DNA from: Roseibacillus sp.
Lineage (GTDB): Bacteria > Verrucomicrobiota > Verrucomicrobiia > Verrucomicrobiales > Akkermansiaceae
Length of the DNA stretch: 64,000 nucleotides
Reading direction: 5' to 3'
Assembly (NCBI GenBank): GCA_051251855.1
Contig: JBPOGI010000002.1
Span: 256,001 to 320,000, forward strand
Position numbers and translations under genes: made by a program. The notes below the pieces were generated by a model. It was not told the origin of the DNA and made no database searches. It saw only the letters and a program-made list of their open reading frames with translations. Numbering within the stretch: the stretch's first letter is position 1; each line of letters opens with the position of its first letter. Positions 37,123 through 47,070 of the stretch are shown one piece after another.

Positions 37123-38681
37123 GCCGCACTGGAGTCAGAGTTTACAACCGCGAGGGCGGGTTTGGCGGGAAGGGCGAGGCGGAAAGTGCAGCCGGTTTCG
37201 GTATCTAACAGTTCGAGTGAGCCCTGCATTTTTTCAGCAAGTTCGCGTGCAATGGAGAGACCCAGTCCGGTCCCGCTTGAGCCTTCCGAAGTACTGCGGT
37301 GGACGCGTTCGAAGGGCTGAAAGATGCGCTCGTTTTCTTTGGTTGGAATGCCAACTCCGCGGTCGCTGACTTCGAGAATGAGTTGGCCTTCTTGTTCCGA
37401 AAGGGAGACTTTGCTCCACTGTCCAGAGAAGGCGTATTTTTCGATGTTAGAAAGGAGATTTCCTAGGATTTGGCGCAAGGCGTCGGGGTCTAAGAGGTAG
37501 GTTGGGAGGGTAGCTAATTCCGTTTCGATTTCGATTTTTCTGCGTGCGAAGGAAGGACGGAAGCTGTCGATAACTTCGGCCACGATTTGGTGGACGAGAA
37601 CGCGTTCTTTGTGAAGTTGGAGAGTCTCTTTTTCTTGGTGGGAAAAGGTGAGGACGTTGGCAACGAGGCGAGAGAGCCGTTCGATTTCTTCGGTGACGAT
37701 GGACAGGCGCTTGCTTGCTCGGGCTGGGTTGTGGGGTAGGGATTGGTTGGCGAGGTCGATATTGAGAGCAAGGTTGGTGAGAGGGCTTCCGAGTTCGTGG
37801 GAGACCCGGTTGACGAAAGAGACTCGTTCGCCAGCGAGACGGAGAGTGCGGCGCTGATGCCAGTAAAGAATGACTCCGGAGGTGATGAGGAAAAGAGCCA
37901 AAGCGGTGGTGAGAATGAGGGTAGTAGTGTCTCGATAAGAGCTGGTTTTGATTCGATCCCAAGCGCGAATCTCAAGGTCGCCGAAGATAGTGCGGAATGG
38001 AATGATGGCGGCGGCAGGTCCTTGCTTGTTGTTTCCTGATGAGAGCAGGTTTTGGTCTTGGAAGCGCACTTGCACTCTTTCTTCGGCTTCGACGAGAGGG
38101 GTTGCTGGGGTTGTGACCCATTTCTGCATTTCACCCTGAAAGACGTTGGCTACTTCCTCGAAGTCGATCACAAATGCGACGACTTGGTCGGGGTCGGGGG
38201 AGCGGTAGTGGACTCGATAGTCGGGGTTGGGAGTCGGGAGCCAAACTCCTTGGGCTGGAACTTTACTTCCAAAAGTGTCGGAACTTAGTGTTACCGCCTT
38301 CTGGGGGTTGAGGGGGTGGTCACGGCCTGCCATCACAATTTCGGGCTGTCCCGCGACGGGGGCGGTGACTCGGATGGAGCGATCTTTCCTAGGTACTCGA
38401 AAGACCTCAACTAGTGGAATGCCGATGGTCTGGTCTGCGACTGCCTTGGTTTCTGCTTCGGATCCGCCTAGGGTAGTACTCGCAATGTTATCTAGGCGTG
38501 TAAGGTAGAGGGATTCCAGTCGTTGGATTTCGATCTGAAGGGAGGCGGAAAAATCGAAGAGGCGTTCGCGGTCGTGGGGAGTGCGTTCGTTGCTTTCTCG
38601 GCGAGACAAACGTTCCCCGCCAACCACTGCCAAGATGGCGGCGGCGAGCATGGGAGCGAGAGTGCAGAGGATAAGGCGCAT
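37119..38681 (-). CDS. Sensor histidine kinase
   Basis: Two TM segments with a periplasmic domain; H-box VSHELGSPL, NLLSNIEKY, DRGVGI, GTGLGL. Confidence 0.95.
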   Translation of the reverse strand: MRLILCTLAPMLAAAILAVVGGERLSRRESNERTPHDRERLFDFSASLQIEIQRLESLYLTRLDNIASTTLGGSEAETKAVADQTIGIPLVEVFRVPRKDRSIRVTAPVAGQPEIVMAGRDHPLNPQKAVTLSSDTFGSKVPAQGVWLPTPNPDYRVHYRSPDPDQVVAFVIDFEEVANVFQGEMQKWVTTPATPLVEAEERVQVRFQDQNLLSSGNNKQGPAAAIIPFRTIFGDLEIRAWDRIKTSSYRDTTTLILTTALALFLITSGVILYWHQRRTLRLAGERVSFVNRVSHELGSPLTNLALNIDLANQSLPHNPARASKRLSIVTEEIERLSRLVANVLTFSHQEKETLQLHKERVLVHQIVAEVIDSFRPSFARRKIEIETELATLPTYLLDPDALRQILGNLLSNIEKYAFSGQWSKVSLSEQEGQLILEVSDRGVGIPTKENERIFQPFERVHRSTSEGSSGTGLGLSIARELAEKMQGSLELLDTETGCTFRLALPAKPALAVVNSDSSAA

Positions 38682-39508
38682 TACGGTTTAACCACCACGA
38701 CAGTGGGAGTGACGAAAGCAAACCAAACCTTGTTCGCGGCGTCAGCATCGATTTTCGAGTTGGGTGGGCGATTGATGGTGCCAATGAAACTGGGTTTACC
38801 ATGGGTGCCGGTAATTCCGGTGTTGAATCGGCTTGTCTCGAACTCGGGCATTTCGACAAGGCTTTCGCCCTGACCCCATTTACTAAGTTCAACCTGAAGG
38901 GTATGTTCGGCGTTGAGTCTGATATCGAAGGTTCGAGTGTTCATTCCAATCACCGCTTGCAATTCGAGGGTGACTCCTAAATTCCGGGTTTCGAAGGAGA
39001 CGGCTGTTGCTGGAATTATGATATTCGAGCTCTCTGAAGCACTCGCTGCAGTTGGGTGTGGTGCCTGTTTTTGGTCTTTGATGGGAGAGGCTGGTTCTTC
39101 TTTACTGGGAGCTGTTCCCGATTGGGTAGGAAGTCCTGCTGGTTGGTATTCTGTAGGGTGAATATATTCGATAATACTTTCGGAACTAGAGGTTTCACCC
39201 GAGCGCGATCGAATGACGATCAAGGCCTCTTGTTTGGCCGAACCCGCTTTAATTCCTTCTTGGAGTTTTTGGTAGAAGAGCGCATCGCTTATTTCTTCTT
39301 TTTGAAGGGCTGCCGCATCGGCGAGTGGGAGGGAGAAGGTTTCGTAGCAGATCGAGAGCACCTTTGGGTAATCTTCGTCAGAGTTATTGCCGGATGAAGC
39401 CTTGTTTTGTGAAGGTTTCTTGGCAAAAGGATCGTCGGACTCTTGCGCTGGAGCGATGGCGGTGAAGCTGATGATCGAGAGGCCGAGGAGGAGCGTGTGT
39501 TTCTTCAT
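38681..39508 (-). CDS. Exported protein resembling a stand-alone secretin C-terminal fragment
   Basis: Signal peptide, DDPF, EYIHPTEY, SFETRNLGVTLEL and MPEFETSR motifs; TAATG overlap with the kinase gene. Confidence 0.55.
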   Translation of the reverse strand: MKKHTLLLGLSIISFTAIAPAQESDDPFAKKPSQNKASSGNNSDEDYPKVLSICYETFSLPLADAAALQKEEISDALFYQKLQEGIKAGSAKQEALIVIRSRSGETSSSESIIEYIHPTEYQPAGLPTQSGTAPSKEEPASPIKDQKQAPHPTAASASESSNIIIPATAVSFETRNLGVTLELQAVIGMNTRTFDIRLNAEHTLQVELSKWGQGESLVEMPEFETSRFNTGITGTHGKPSFIGTINRPPNSKIDADAANKVWFAFVTPTVVVVKP

Positions 39509-39584
39509 GACCTCTCGATCTTGGCAGAAAGAGGAAATGGAAGTGTCAAAGCTCTGTAAAAATTCGAAGGGAAGCTGGAAGTCG

Positions 39585-40298
39585 CTACGAAGTGAGACCT
39601 TTTTTCCTGAGAAATGGCAGGGAGAGAAGAAAGAGGACGATGATGACGAGTCCTAGGACGCTTGCGATATACCAGGGGTGTGGGCCGAGGTGGTCGTAGA
39701 GGGAGGCGTTCTCAGGTTTGTGCATGAGGAAGGCGTAGTTGGTGCCGAGGGCGCAGTTGATTCCGTAGATGACGAGGAGGTATCCGCAGATGATGAAGAA
39801 CACGGTCGCTGTGGTTTTTAGAAGTGGAGTGCGGGGTTTCCAACCGAGGCCGAGGGGTAGGAACAAGGCGGTAATGACGGTGGCGAGGTGGAGTTGGAAA
39901 AAAGAGAAGTAGGTGGGATGGGGGAAGTCGTTGATAAGATTAGGGGTGATGAGTCCCTGTAAGGTTCCGCCGAGGCCGAGGTAGTAGGCGAGTTCGCAGA
40001 GGAGGGGCTTGCGAGTGAAGAGGGCGGCAGCGGCGACGAGTGAAGTGAGGTCGCAGAGGTGAAGGGGGAGGATGTGGTTGAGATCTGTGGCTCGACCTGA
40101 AAAGTAGTGGGAACCCGAGGTGTGGAAGACGGCGGTGAGGTTGGCGAGGATGAGAACGAGGAGAGTGGTCTTCGCTGCTTTCGATTCGGGATTTCGACGA
40201 TGGGCGATGATAATGAGAACTAGAAAGAGGACCCCCAGAACGAGAACAGCCCCATGGCTGGGTGAATAGGCGGTAAAGCGAGTGGTTGCGAGGAGCAC
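39585..40298 (-). CDS. YwaF/TIGR02206-like integral membrane protein
   Basis: LPLHLCD, GTLQGLITP, FFQLH, NYAFL..KP, LGPHPWY; start moved to GTG 40298 (uncertain). Confidence 0.82.
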   Translation of the reverse strand: MLLATTRFTAYSPSHGAVLVLGVLFLVLIIIAHRRNPESKAAKTTLLVLILANLTAVFHTSGSHYFSGRATDLNHILPLHLCDLTSLVAAAALFTRKPLLCELAYYLGLGGTLQGLITPNLINDFPHPTYFSFFQLHLATVITALFLPLGLGWKPRTPLLKTTATVFFIICGYLLVIYGINCALGTNYAFLMHKPENASLYDHLGPHPWYIASVLGLVIIVLFLLSLPFLRKKGLTS

Positions 40299-40439
40299 GG
40301 GATGAAAGTGAACGGGTTGGACTGTTTCGTCAGTCCATTTTTCAGAAACCGGAAGCAAGGCAGCGCGAATGAGGACTTTTCTTTCGGTTAGAGAAATCTT
40401 TCCGCTTGGCCGTGATTCATTAAGGGTACAGCTTTCGCT

Positions 40440-41432
40440 GTGCACGATACTTTAGGGCGACCTTTGCGAGACCTTCGGATTTCGGTGACGGATCGGTGCA
40501 ATTTTCGCTGCCGTTACTGTATGCCGATAGAGGTTTTCGGCCCGGGTTATCGTTTTTTGGATCGGAAAGAGGTTCTGACCTTCGAAGAAATCGTCCGAGT
40601 GACGCAAGCGGCAGTGGATTTGGGGGTTGGGAAAGTGCGTTTGACGGGGGGAGAACCTCTTCTGAGGCGAGGGGTGGAGGACCTGGTGGGTTTGCTGTCG
40701 GCTCTTGATGGAGTGGAGGATTTGGCCCTTACCACGAACGGAGTCCTTTTGGCCCATCATGCGGAAGGCCTGAAGTTGGCTGGACTCAATCGGGTGACGG
40801 TGAGCTTGGATGCACTGGATAGTGAGGTCTTTGCAAAAATGAATGGGGTGGGGGCCAAGGTGGAGCGAGTAATGGCTGGAGTAGAGGCTGCTTTGATGCA
40901 CGGATTGCCAGTGAAAGTGAATGCGGTGATTCAGCGAGGAGTGAATGAGCAGGAGATTTTGCCTCTCGTTCGCTGGGGACGAGATTTTGGGGTGACGGTG
41001 CGCTTTATTGAATACATGGACGTGGGGGAGTCCAACGGTTGGAAGATGGATGAAGTGGTTTCGGCGCGGGAAATTGTGGAAATGGTTGCTTCGGAGTTTC
41101 CTTTGGAGGCTCGTGAGGCCGATTACCGTGGTGAGGTGGCGGGGCGTTGGAGGTTTTTGGATGGGAAGGGAGAATTTGGAGTCATTGCTTCGGTGACGAA
41201 GCCGTTTTGTGGCGATTGCACGCGGATGAGGCTTTCGGCGGAAGGGAAACTCTTTACCTGCCTATTTACGGGCGAAGGGCGAGATGTGAAGTCGTTGCTG
41301 CGAGAAGGTGCGACCGAGAATGAGATTCGAGAGATACTCGGTGGAACTTGGAGTAAGCGTTCGGACCGGTATTCCGAAGAGCGTGGTCTAGTGACGGTGA
41401 AAAAGGCCGAGATGAGCTATCTGGGAGGCTAG
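40440..41432 (+). CDS. moaA: GTP 3',8-cyclase (molybdenum cofactor biosynthesis)
   Basis: LRISVTDRCNFRCRYCMP, TGGEPLLR, FCGDCTRMRL..C, C-terminal GG. Confidence 0.97.
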   Translation: MHDTLGRPLRDLRISVTDRCNFRCRYCMPIEVFGPGYRFLDRKEVLTFEEIVRVTQAAVDLGVGKVRLTGGEPLLRRGVEDLVGLLSALDGVEDLALTTNGVLLAHHAEGLKLAGLNRVTVSLDALDSEVFAKMNGVGAKVERVMAGVEAALMHGLPVKVNAVIQRGVNEQEILPLVRWGRDFGVTVRFIEYMDVGESNGWKMDEVVSAREIVEMVASEFPLEAREADYRGEVAGRWRFLDGKGEFGVIASVTKPFCGDCTRMRLSAEGKLFTCLFTGEGRDVKSLLREGATENEIREILGGTWSKRSDRYSEERGLVTVKKAEMSYLGG

Positions 41433-41846
41433 TGCCCGCTGGGGCTCTCTTTGCACCGTTGAAGGAACAGATTTTCTCCATTCGGGATGTTTAGTGAAGT
41501 TTACGAGCGTTTTCAGGGCGCACTCTTTCAGAGTTTTCCTCTCCTAGGTAGGTGGAGAGAGCTGTTTTCAACGGAATCCTAGTAGATTCTCGTAATGATT
41601 CGGTGAAAACGGGAGCTTTGTCTTTAAAAATTAGATGTTTGATTAGACGTAAATCTTACCAGTCTGCATTATTGTCAGCTTAACTTAATTGTTAATATTG
41701 ATTAAATTTTGAATTTATTAGGTTAGGTGGCCATTGATTTTAAGTGGGTTATGAAATTAGAGAAAATGTTTTTTGAAATTTTATAAACTGAGATTGCTTC
41801 GGAAGGGTTTATTTTTTACAAATCGGCAGTTCCAACTACTCCAAAT

Positions 41847-42644
41847 ATGAAAACATTTAAATATTCAGTTTGTTCCCTTCTACTTCTTCTTGGCAATACC
41901 CTTGCAAGTGAAGATGCCCCCACTGGCTACCTGGATGCCTCTTCACTCTTGGTGCGTGCCACAAGTAAAGTGAACCTCGATTGGAAGGTTGAGTTTCCTG
42001 GCGGAGATGAAATCGAGGAAATCTGCGAAATCGATCCCGAGACCGACACTGTTACCACTACTACCGAGACTTCAGTGAAGATTCGTCTCTTGGGAGCCGG
42101 TTACGGAAACGATTATGCCTATGGATGGCAGGAAAGCTGGGTGAAGTTCTCTGATGAGTGGGTTGCTGGAAAGTTCTTCGAAGGCACGGGTGATACTGTG
42201 AACCCCAACGAGATTCTTAAAAACCGCACTGTTGGCGAGGGAATCGAGTTGAACATGGGTTTCCGTGGATGTGTTTATGCTACGGCTTCAACTCCTTGGT
42301 GGAAGCGTACTTGGAATGATTGGCGCATGATGGGTGTGGGTCACGGTGGAATCCTAATTCTCAAAAACGGAGACCTTGCTCCCCAGTTTTCTCCAGAGAG
42401 CAGTAACCAGCTTTCAGCTAAAACGTTCCTAACTCCATACCTTTCCGCTGATGGTGAGAACATCAAGATTGGGCCCCGGGACTTGATTATCCTTGTCGAC
42501 TTGAACAAGTCATCTGCTGCTGAAGGTGCTGACTATCAGGACCAAGTGATTCTCATGACCTTCAACGACGAGGAAGTCGAAGTTGAGGAAGAAGACAATA
42601 GCGGAGATTCTCAAGGTCGTCGCAGTGGACGCGGAAGAGGTTAA
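41847..42644 (+). CDS. Hypothetical secreted protein with DUF4114-like acidic C-terminal motif
   Basis: Signal peptide; LKNGDLAP..FLTPYL..IILVDL..ADYQDQVILMTF. Confidence 0.75.
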   Translation: MKTFKYSVCSLLLLLGNTLASEDAPTGYLDASSLLVRATSKVNLDWKVEFPGGDEIEEICEIDPETDTVTTTTETSVKIRLLGAGYGNDYAYGWQESWVKFSDEWVAGKFFEGTGDTVNPNEILKNRTVGEGIELNMGFRGCVYATASTPWWKRTWNDWRMMGVGHGGILILKNGDLAPQFSPESSNQLSAKTFLTPYLSADGENIKIGPRDLIILVDLNKSSAAEGADYQDQVILMTFNDEEVEVEEEDNSGDSQGRRSGRGRG

Positions 42645-42707
42645 TATCGCCATAAATTAATAATTGGCTAAATTAACCCTGTCATGATATAAAACTTTTC
42701 TTTACTA

Positions 42708-43238
42708 ATGAAAATAGTGTCCCCCATGCCTTTCTTGGCTCTGTCTTTGGCAGTCACCTTGGTCCAGCCAGTATCGGCTGAGATTCGGAAGGCTCCGACC
42801 GCAGATGAAGTCTCGGCAAAACGTCGCCAGGTGAATGCGGTCTACGATTCCGCTGGAACTAAGGCTGTCGAAAGCGAAGTGAAGATTGAGAAGGCCAGAA
42901 CGAACCTCTTGGCGACTTCTGAATACTTGGTCGGTCCCCATGGCTTTGTGCTAATTCCCAAGGGGGCGCTCATCACTGAGGGGAATATGGTCACTGTTTC
43001 TGCAACCGCTCCTACGGATACTAAATTTCTCACTTGGGATGACTTTGTCAGAAAGCACCGAGCGGGAATCCGCCTTATTTCCATCAGCGAGCAGCAGTGG
43101 ATGGGCGAAACTTCGCTCGACTCTCTATTACCAAAGCTGGAGGCCGCAAAAAAGGGGTCGTTTACAGCCCTTACTTCATTGAATGGCTCAGTGGTTAGCC
43201 TGCCTGCTATTCAGAAACTTCTCACTTCAAAATCATGA
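42708..43238 (+). CDS. Hypothetical secreted protein
   Basis: Signal peptide; LIPKGALI, LTWDDFVRKH; ATGA overlap with the next gene. Confidence 0.78.
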   Translation: MKIVSPMPFLALSLAVTLVQPVSAEIRKAPTADEVSAKRRQVNAVYDSAGTKAVESEVKIEKARTNLLATSEYLVGPHGFVLIPKGALITEGNMVTVSATAPTDTKFLTWDDFVRKHRAGIRLISISEQQWMGETSLDSLLPKLEAAKKGSFTALTSLNGSVVSLPAIQKLLTSKS

Positions 43239-44338
43239 AATCTCGTTATCTTTTCTTAGCTCTTACTCTTCCTGGTTTTGTCGCGGTGAATGTCCATGCC
43301 GACACTGACGATTGGATTGTAAGTCTTTTGCAGCATCAGCTCGCAACAGGTGGAACCCATGAGACCTTTGTCGCTGCTGAAGGGCAAGGTCTCTCGGCAG
43401 CTCCAGTTCCCGAAGGAGGATCAGAGTTTATTCTGAGAGCAGTTCGTCAAACTGACTCAGGAATGGAAGAAGTCATCATCGATCGTGAAACTGTGGGTTC
43501 TTATATGCCGTCCGGTGAATTAACGATTACCACGGAGGACCCTTATAGTGGACCGATTCCTCGGACCCGTATCGATCGCGGTTTCACTCTGGCCTACGAG
43601 GTGGATGGAATTGTTCAGGAGAGTGCGAGTAGCGATGTTCCGCTTGCTGCCCGCCAAGTCTTGTTGGACCACGAAGTTGCTAATTACGATGTCGGGACGA
43701 TTCAAACGCCACTTCTGGGAGCAGTTATTTCGGTGGTTGTGGAGGATGTTTTTGGTGAATTGCTACCCGCAGTGAATTTTGATCAGCGTATGATTACAAG
43801 CAACGGGCTTCAAAACCTGAGCTTTAGCGCCTCCAATATTGCAGGAGATAATGTCTACCAAGATGCAGGAGTGGAGACATTCCGCCTCTATGCCTTGCCT
43901 GATGGTGAAATTGCGCAGCTTCAGTTAGATGAGGTCAAAGTGCAAGTTTGGCCGATGACTGAGGCTGAAATGACGGGGGTGGAGATGCACGAAACCTACA
44001 CCACGATTCCTGAAATCGCGGTTGAGCTCTCAAATCTCTATCCCGATAGCACGACTTGGGTTCAGCTCTACCTCGGTGAGCATGAGCCGGGAACTGAAGG
44101 TGAGATGGTTAATGAAAGCACAATCGTAGTGGAAGATGTTCTTCCGCGCTCTACACGCCTCGTCTTCCGCGACCTTCCTCAATACTTTACCGAGAATGGT
44201 CTTTGGACTCTCGAGGTATTGACTGAGACACCCTTCGGAATTGAGATTCTTGATTACACGACCCTCGATGTTGCGCTCGATGTTGACAAAGACACCATCA
44301 AGGTAAGGGGGTCGTTCCAAGGCCTCGCCGATAATTAA
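43235..44338 (+). CDS. Hypothetical secreted acidic beta-rich protein
   Basis: Signal peptide; TEDPY..PRTR.DRGF, GVETF, LSNLYPDSTTWVQLY, TETPFG. Confidence 0.8.
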   Translation: MKSRYLFLALTLPGFVAVNVHADTDDWIVSLLQHQLATGGTHETFVAAEGQGLSAAPVPEGGSEFILRAVRQTDSGMEEVIIDRETVGSYMPSGELTITTEDPYSGPIPRTRIDRGFTLAYEVDGIVQESASSDVPLAARQVLLDHEVANYDVGTIQTPLLGAVISVVVEDVFGELLPAVNFDQRMITSNGLQNLSFSASNIAGDNVYQDAGVETFRLYALPDGEIAQLQLDEVKVQVWPMTEAEMTGVEMHETYTTIPEIAVELSNLYPDSTTWVQLYLGEHEPGTEGEMVNESTIVVEDVLPRSTRLVFRDLPQYFTENGLWTLEVLTETPFGIEILDYTTLDVALDVDKDTIKVRGSFQGLADN

Positions 44339-44467
44339 AATTGCTTTCAAAGGCATCCGCATAGCTCACGAGGTCGAGTCCCTCAACCTAGAGACTCTCT
44401 TGCGTGAGCTATGCTCCCATTTCTCAAATTTGTTCACCTCAATTAACCCCATTAACTTGTTTACCTT

Positions 44468-44656
44468 ATGAAGCGATTTTCTAGCAGCTTTCTCTCCTTT
44501 CTTGGTGCTGTTCCCCAATCTGTCTTGGAGCCTACTCATCCCAAAGGAGGGGTGCCCGTTTCTTCCCCGCAGCGGGAGGACTTGCGAAAAGAGCAAGCTC
44601 TTGCCAAGGCGCTTAAGTCTACTTCCTTGGCTTCTAGCGAATTCCAAGAAAACTAG
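44468..44656 (+). CDS. Possible small hypothetical protein
   Basis: 62-codon ATG ORF filling an otherwise empty gap; its stop overlaps the rfbB stop. Confidence 0.35.
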   Translation: MKRFSSSFLSFLGAVPQSVLEPTHPKGGVPVSSPQREDLRKEQALAKALKSTSLASSEFQEN

Positions 44657-45618
44657 TGGGCGGCTCCCAAATCCACGGAAAGCGCTCGGACGACTTCAGG
44701 GAATGCTTCACGGAAGTCGGCTTTGGGCTGCCAGCCAAACCACATCAAGGCTTTCTCGGTATCGAGGGCGTAGCGTTCATCATGGCCTAGTCGGTCAGGG
44801 ACATGCTCAATGAGGGTGTGAGGCTTACGCAAGGCGTCGAGGATTGAGCGGGCCATCCCAAGGTTGGTGCGTTCGCGGTGGCCTGAGAAATGGTAAATCT
44901 CACCTGATTTCCCACGTCGCCAAGCAGCTAAGAGGCCCTCGCAATGGTCATCCACGTGGATCCAATCGCGAATCTGATGGCCGCTTCCATAAATGGGCAA
45001 AGGCTGGTCTCTGAGCGCTTTTTGAATAAAGAGAGGAATGAGCTTCTCGGGATGTTGTCGAGGGCCGTAGTTATTAGTGCACCGAGTGATGATGGTTTCT
45101 ACGCTGTGGGTGTGTGTCGCGGCTAAGCAAAGGAGGTCGGCAGAAGCCTTGCTCGCGGCGTAGGGTGAGCTGGGGAGGAGAGGACTTGTTTCCTTGGCTT
45201 TCTCTGGTGAGGGGATGGGGCCGTAAACTTCGTCAGTCGAGCAATGGAGGAGGGGGAGATTGTGTTTCTGGGCGGCGGCCAGTAAGGTGGCAGTCCCAAC
45301 AACATTGGAGATGACGAAATTCTCCGAGTCTTCGATAGAACGGTCGACGTGTGACTCGGCCGCGAGATGAAAAATACCTGTGATGTTGTGTTCTTGAATG
45401 AGCCTTTCCAATAGCGCGCCATCACAAATGTCTCCTTGGACAAAGTGGCAGCGAGGATCTTGCTCGGGTAGAGCGAGGTTCGAGCGATTACCGGCGTAGG
45501 TCAGTTTGTCGAGGACGACGAGAGTTCCCAAATCTTCCTCTGCAAGAAGATGTCGCGCCAAGCTCGAGCCGATAAAGCCGGCTCCGCCGGTGAGGAGGAT
45601 AGATTGGAGGCTACGCAT
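44653..45618 (-). CDS. rfbB: dTDP-glucose 4,6-dehydratase
   Basis: GGAGFIG, DKLTYAG, AAESHVDRS, STDEVYG, YAASK, NNYGP, RDWIHV; start at ATG 45618. Confidence 0.95.
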   Translation of the reverse strand: MRSLQSILLTGGAGFIGSSLARHLLAEEDLGTLVVLDKLTYAGNRSNLALPEQDPRCHFVQGDICDGALLERLIQEHNITGIFHLAAESHVDRSIEDSENFVISNVVGTATLLAAAQKHNLPLLHCSTDEVYGPIPSPEKAKETSPLLPSSPYAASKASADLLCLAATHTHSVETIITRCTNNYGPRQHPEKLIPLFIQKALRDQPLPIYGSGHQIRDWIHVDDHCEGLLAAWRRGKSGEIYHFSGHRERTNLGMARSILDALRKPHTLIEHVPDRLGHDERYALDTEKALMWFGWQPKADFREAFPEVVRALSVDLGAAH

Positions 45619-45888
45619 AATGCTGTAAGCAAGATACTCTGCTCTGTGGTCGGGTGATAGGCTGCATTTTTGCCAAGTGCGGCATTTCGGAGAAGGGCCC
45701 TTGGAATGAAAGAGGGGGAGTGGTCGGAAAAAGGGGCAACTTCTCACCTCAATCTCGCCATTTGTCTTGCATCATTTCGGCTCTCCAGTCAGAAGAGCGG
45801 CGCTCCATACGGACGCGTTCTGACAAGCAGGCGACTCCCCGGATGGAGTGAACCTTAAGCGGTCTCCTCAGAGGCCAAACGGCAGAAC

Positions 45889-47058
45889 ATGGATAGTCTT
45901 TCAAATCGAGTACAGGCGGTCACCCCATCGGTGACCTTGGCGGTGACCAATCAGGCGAAAGCCTTGCGAGCCCAGGGAGAAGAAATTTACGGACTGGCCG
46001 GTGGCGAGCCCGAGATGGACACCCCTAATCATATCAAGACCGCGGCAATCACGGCTTTGCAAGAGGGGAAAACGAAATACACACCCGCAGCAGGAATTCC
46101 TGAGTTGCGTGAGGGTATCGCGAAGAAGCTCCTGACGGAGAATAATATCGAAGTCGAGACCAAGGGCGTCTGCGTCACCAGTGGCGGTAAACAGGCGTGC
46201 TTCAATGCTATTCTGGCAGTGGTTGAAGAGGGTGACGAAGTCATCATTCCTACTCCTTATTGGGTGAGCTACCCCGAGATGGTGCGTCTGGCAGGCGGAA
46301 CACCGGTGATGATCGAAACTACTGCCGCAAATGGTTGGAAAATCACTGCCGATCAGTTCGAGGAAGCGATGACCCCCGCTACCAAGATGATCATCCTCAA
46401 TTCTCCCGGTAACCCAACCGGAACGATTTACACCGAAGATGAACTCAAGGCTATCGGCGAGATTGCTGGTTATGAAGACATCGTCATTCTGTCTGACGAG
46501 ATTTACGAAAAGCTGATCTATGGTGACAAGAAGCATGTGAGCATTGCCTCCATTAGCGAGGAGCTTGCTCAGCTGAGTGTTGTCGTTGGTGGATTCTCCA
46601 AAGCATATTCTATGACGGGTTGGCGTTTGGGTTACACCGCGACCGCGAATGCCGCGATCGCCCAGGCCCTTTCCAAGATTCAAGGACACACCTCCTCCAA
46701 CGCGACGACCTTTGCTCAATACGGCGCCTTGGCTGCGCTCGAAGGACCGCAAGATTTTATCGAAGATATGCGCCAGGAATATGATGTGCGTCGTCAGTTT
46801 GTTGCTGGTCGCTTGAAGTCTATTTCCAACGTTTCCTTTGTGGAGCCGGAAGGCGCTTTCTACTTCTTCGTGGATTGCACCGACATGGGTCTCAAGTCTC
46901 AGAATCTCTGTGACAAGTTGCTGAACCGCTACAAGGTCGCAATGGTTCCTGGCATTGCCTTTGGCCATGATGCCTCGGTTCGTCTGAGCTATTGCACTAC
47001 TCTTGACGTGCTTGCTGAGGGACTCAGCCGTTTCGAAGAATTCTGCGAAAGCCACTAG
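45889..47058 (+). CDS. Class I PLP-dependent (aspartate) aminotransferase
   Basis: GEP, YTPAAG, PYWVSY, NSPGNPTG, SDEIYE, SKAYSMTGWRLG. Confidence 0.95.
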   Translation: MDSLSNRVQAVTPSVTLAVTNQAKALRAQGEEIYGLAGGEPEMDTPNHIKTAAITALQEGKTKYTPAAGIPELREGIAKKLLTENNIEVETKGVCVTSGGKQACFNAILAVVEEGDEVIIPTPYWVSYPEMVRLAGGTPVMIETTAANGWKITADQFEEAMTPATKMIILNSPGNPTGTIYTEDELKAIGEIAGYEDIVILSDEIYEKLIYGDKKHVSIASISEELAQLSVVVGGFSKAYSMTGWRLGYTATANAAIAQALSKIQGHTSSNATTFAQYGALAALEGPQDFIEDMRQEYDVRRQFVAGRLKSISNVSFVEPEGAFYFFVDCTDMGLKSQNLCDKLLNRYKVAMVPGIAFGHDASVRLSYCTTLDVLAEGLSRFEEFCESH

Positions 47059-47070
47059 CCCTACTTAAAG

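Noticed and set aside
45901..47055. 384-aa ORF on the - strand
   Set aside because: Exact antisense shadow of the well-supported aminotransferase; no motifs of its own.
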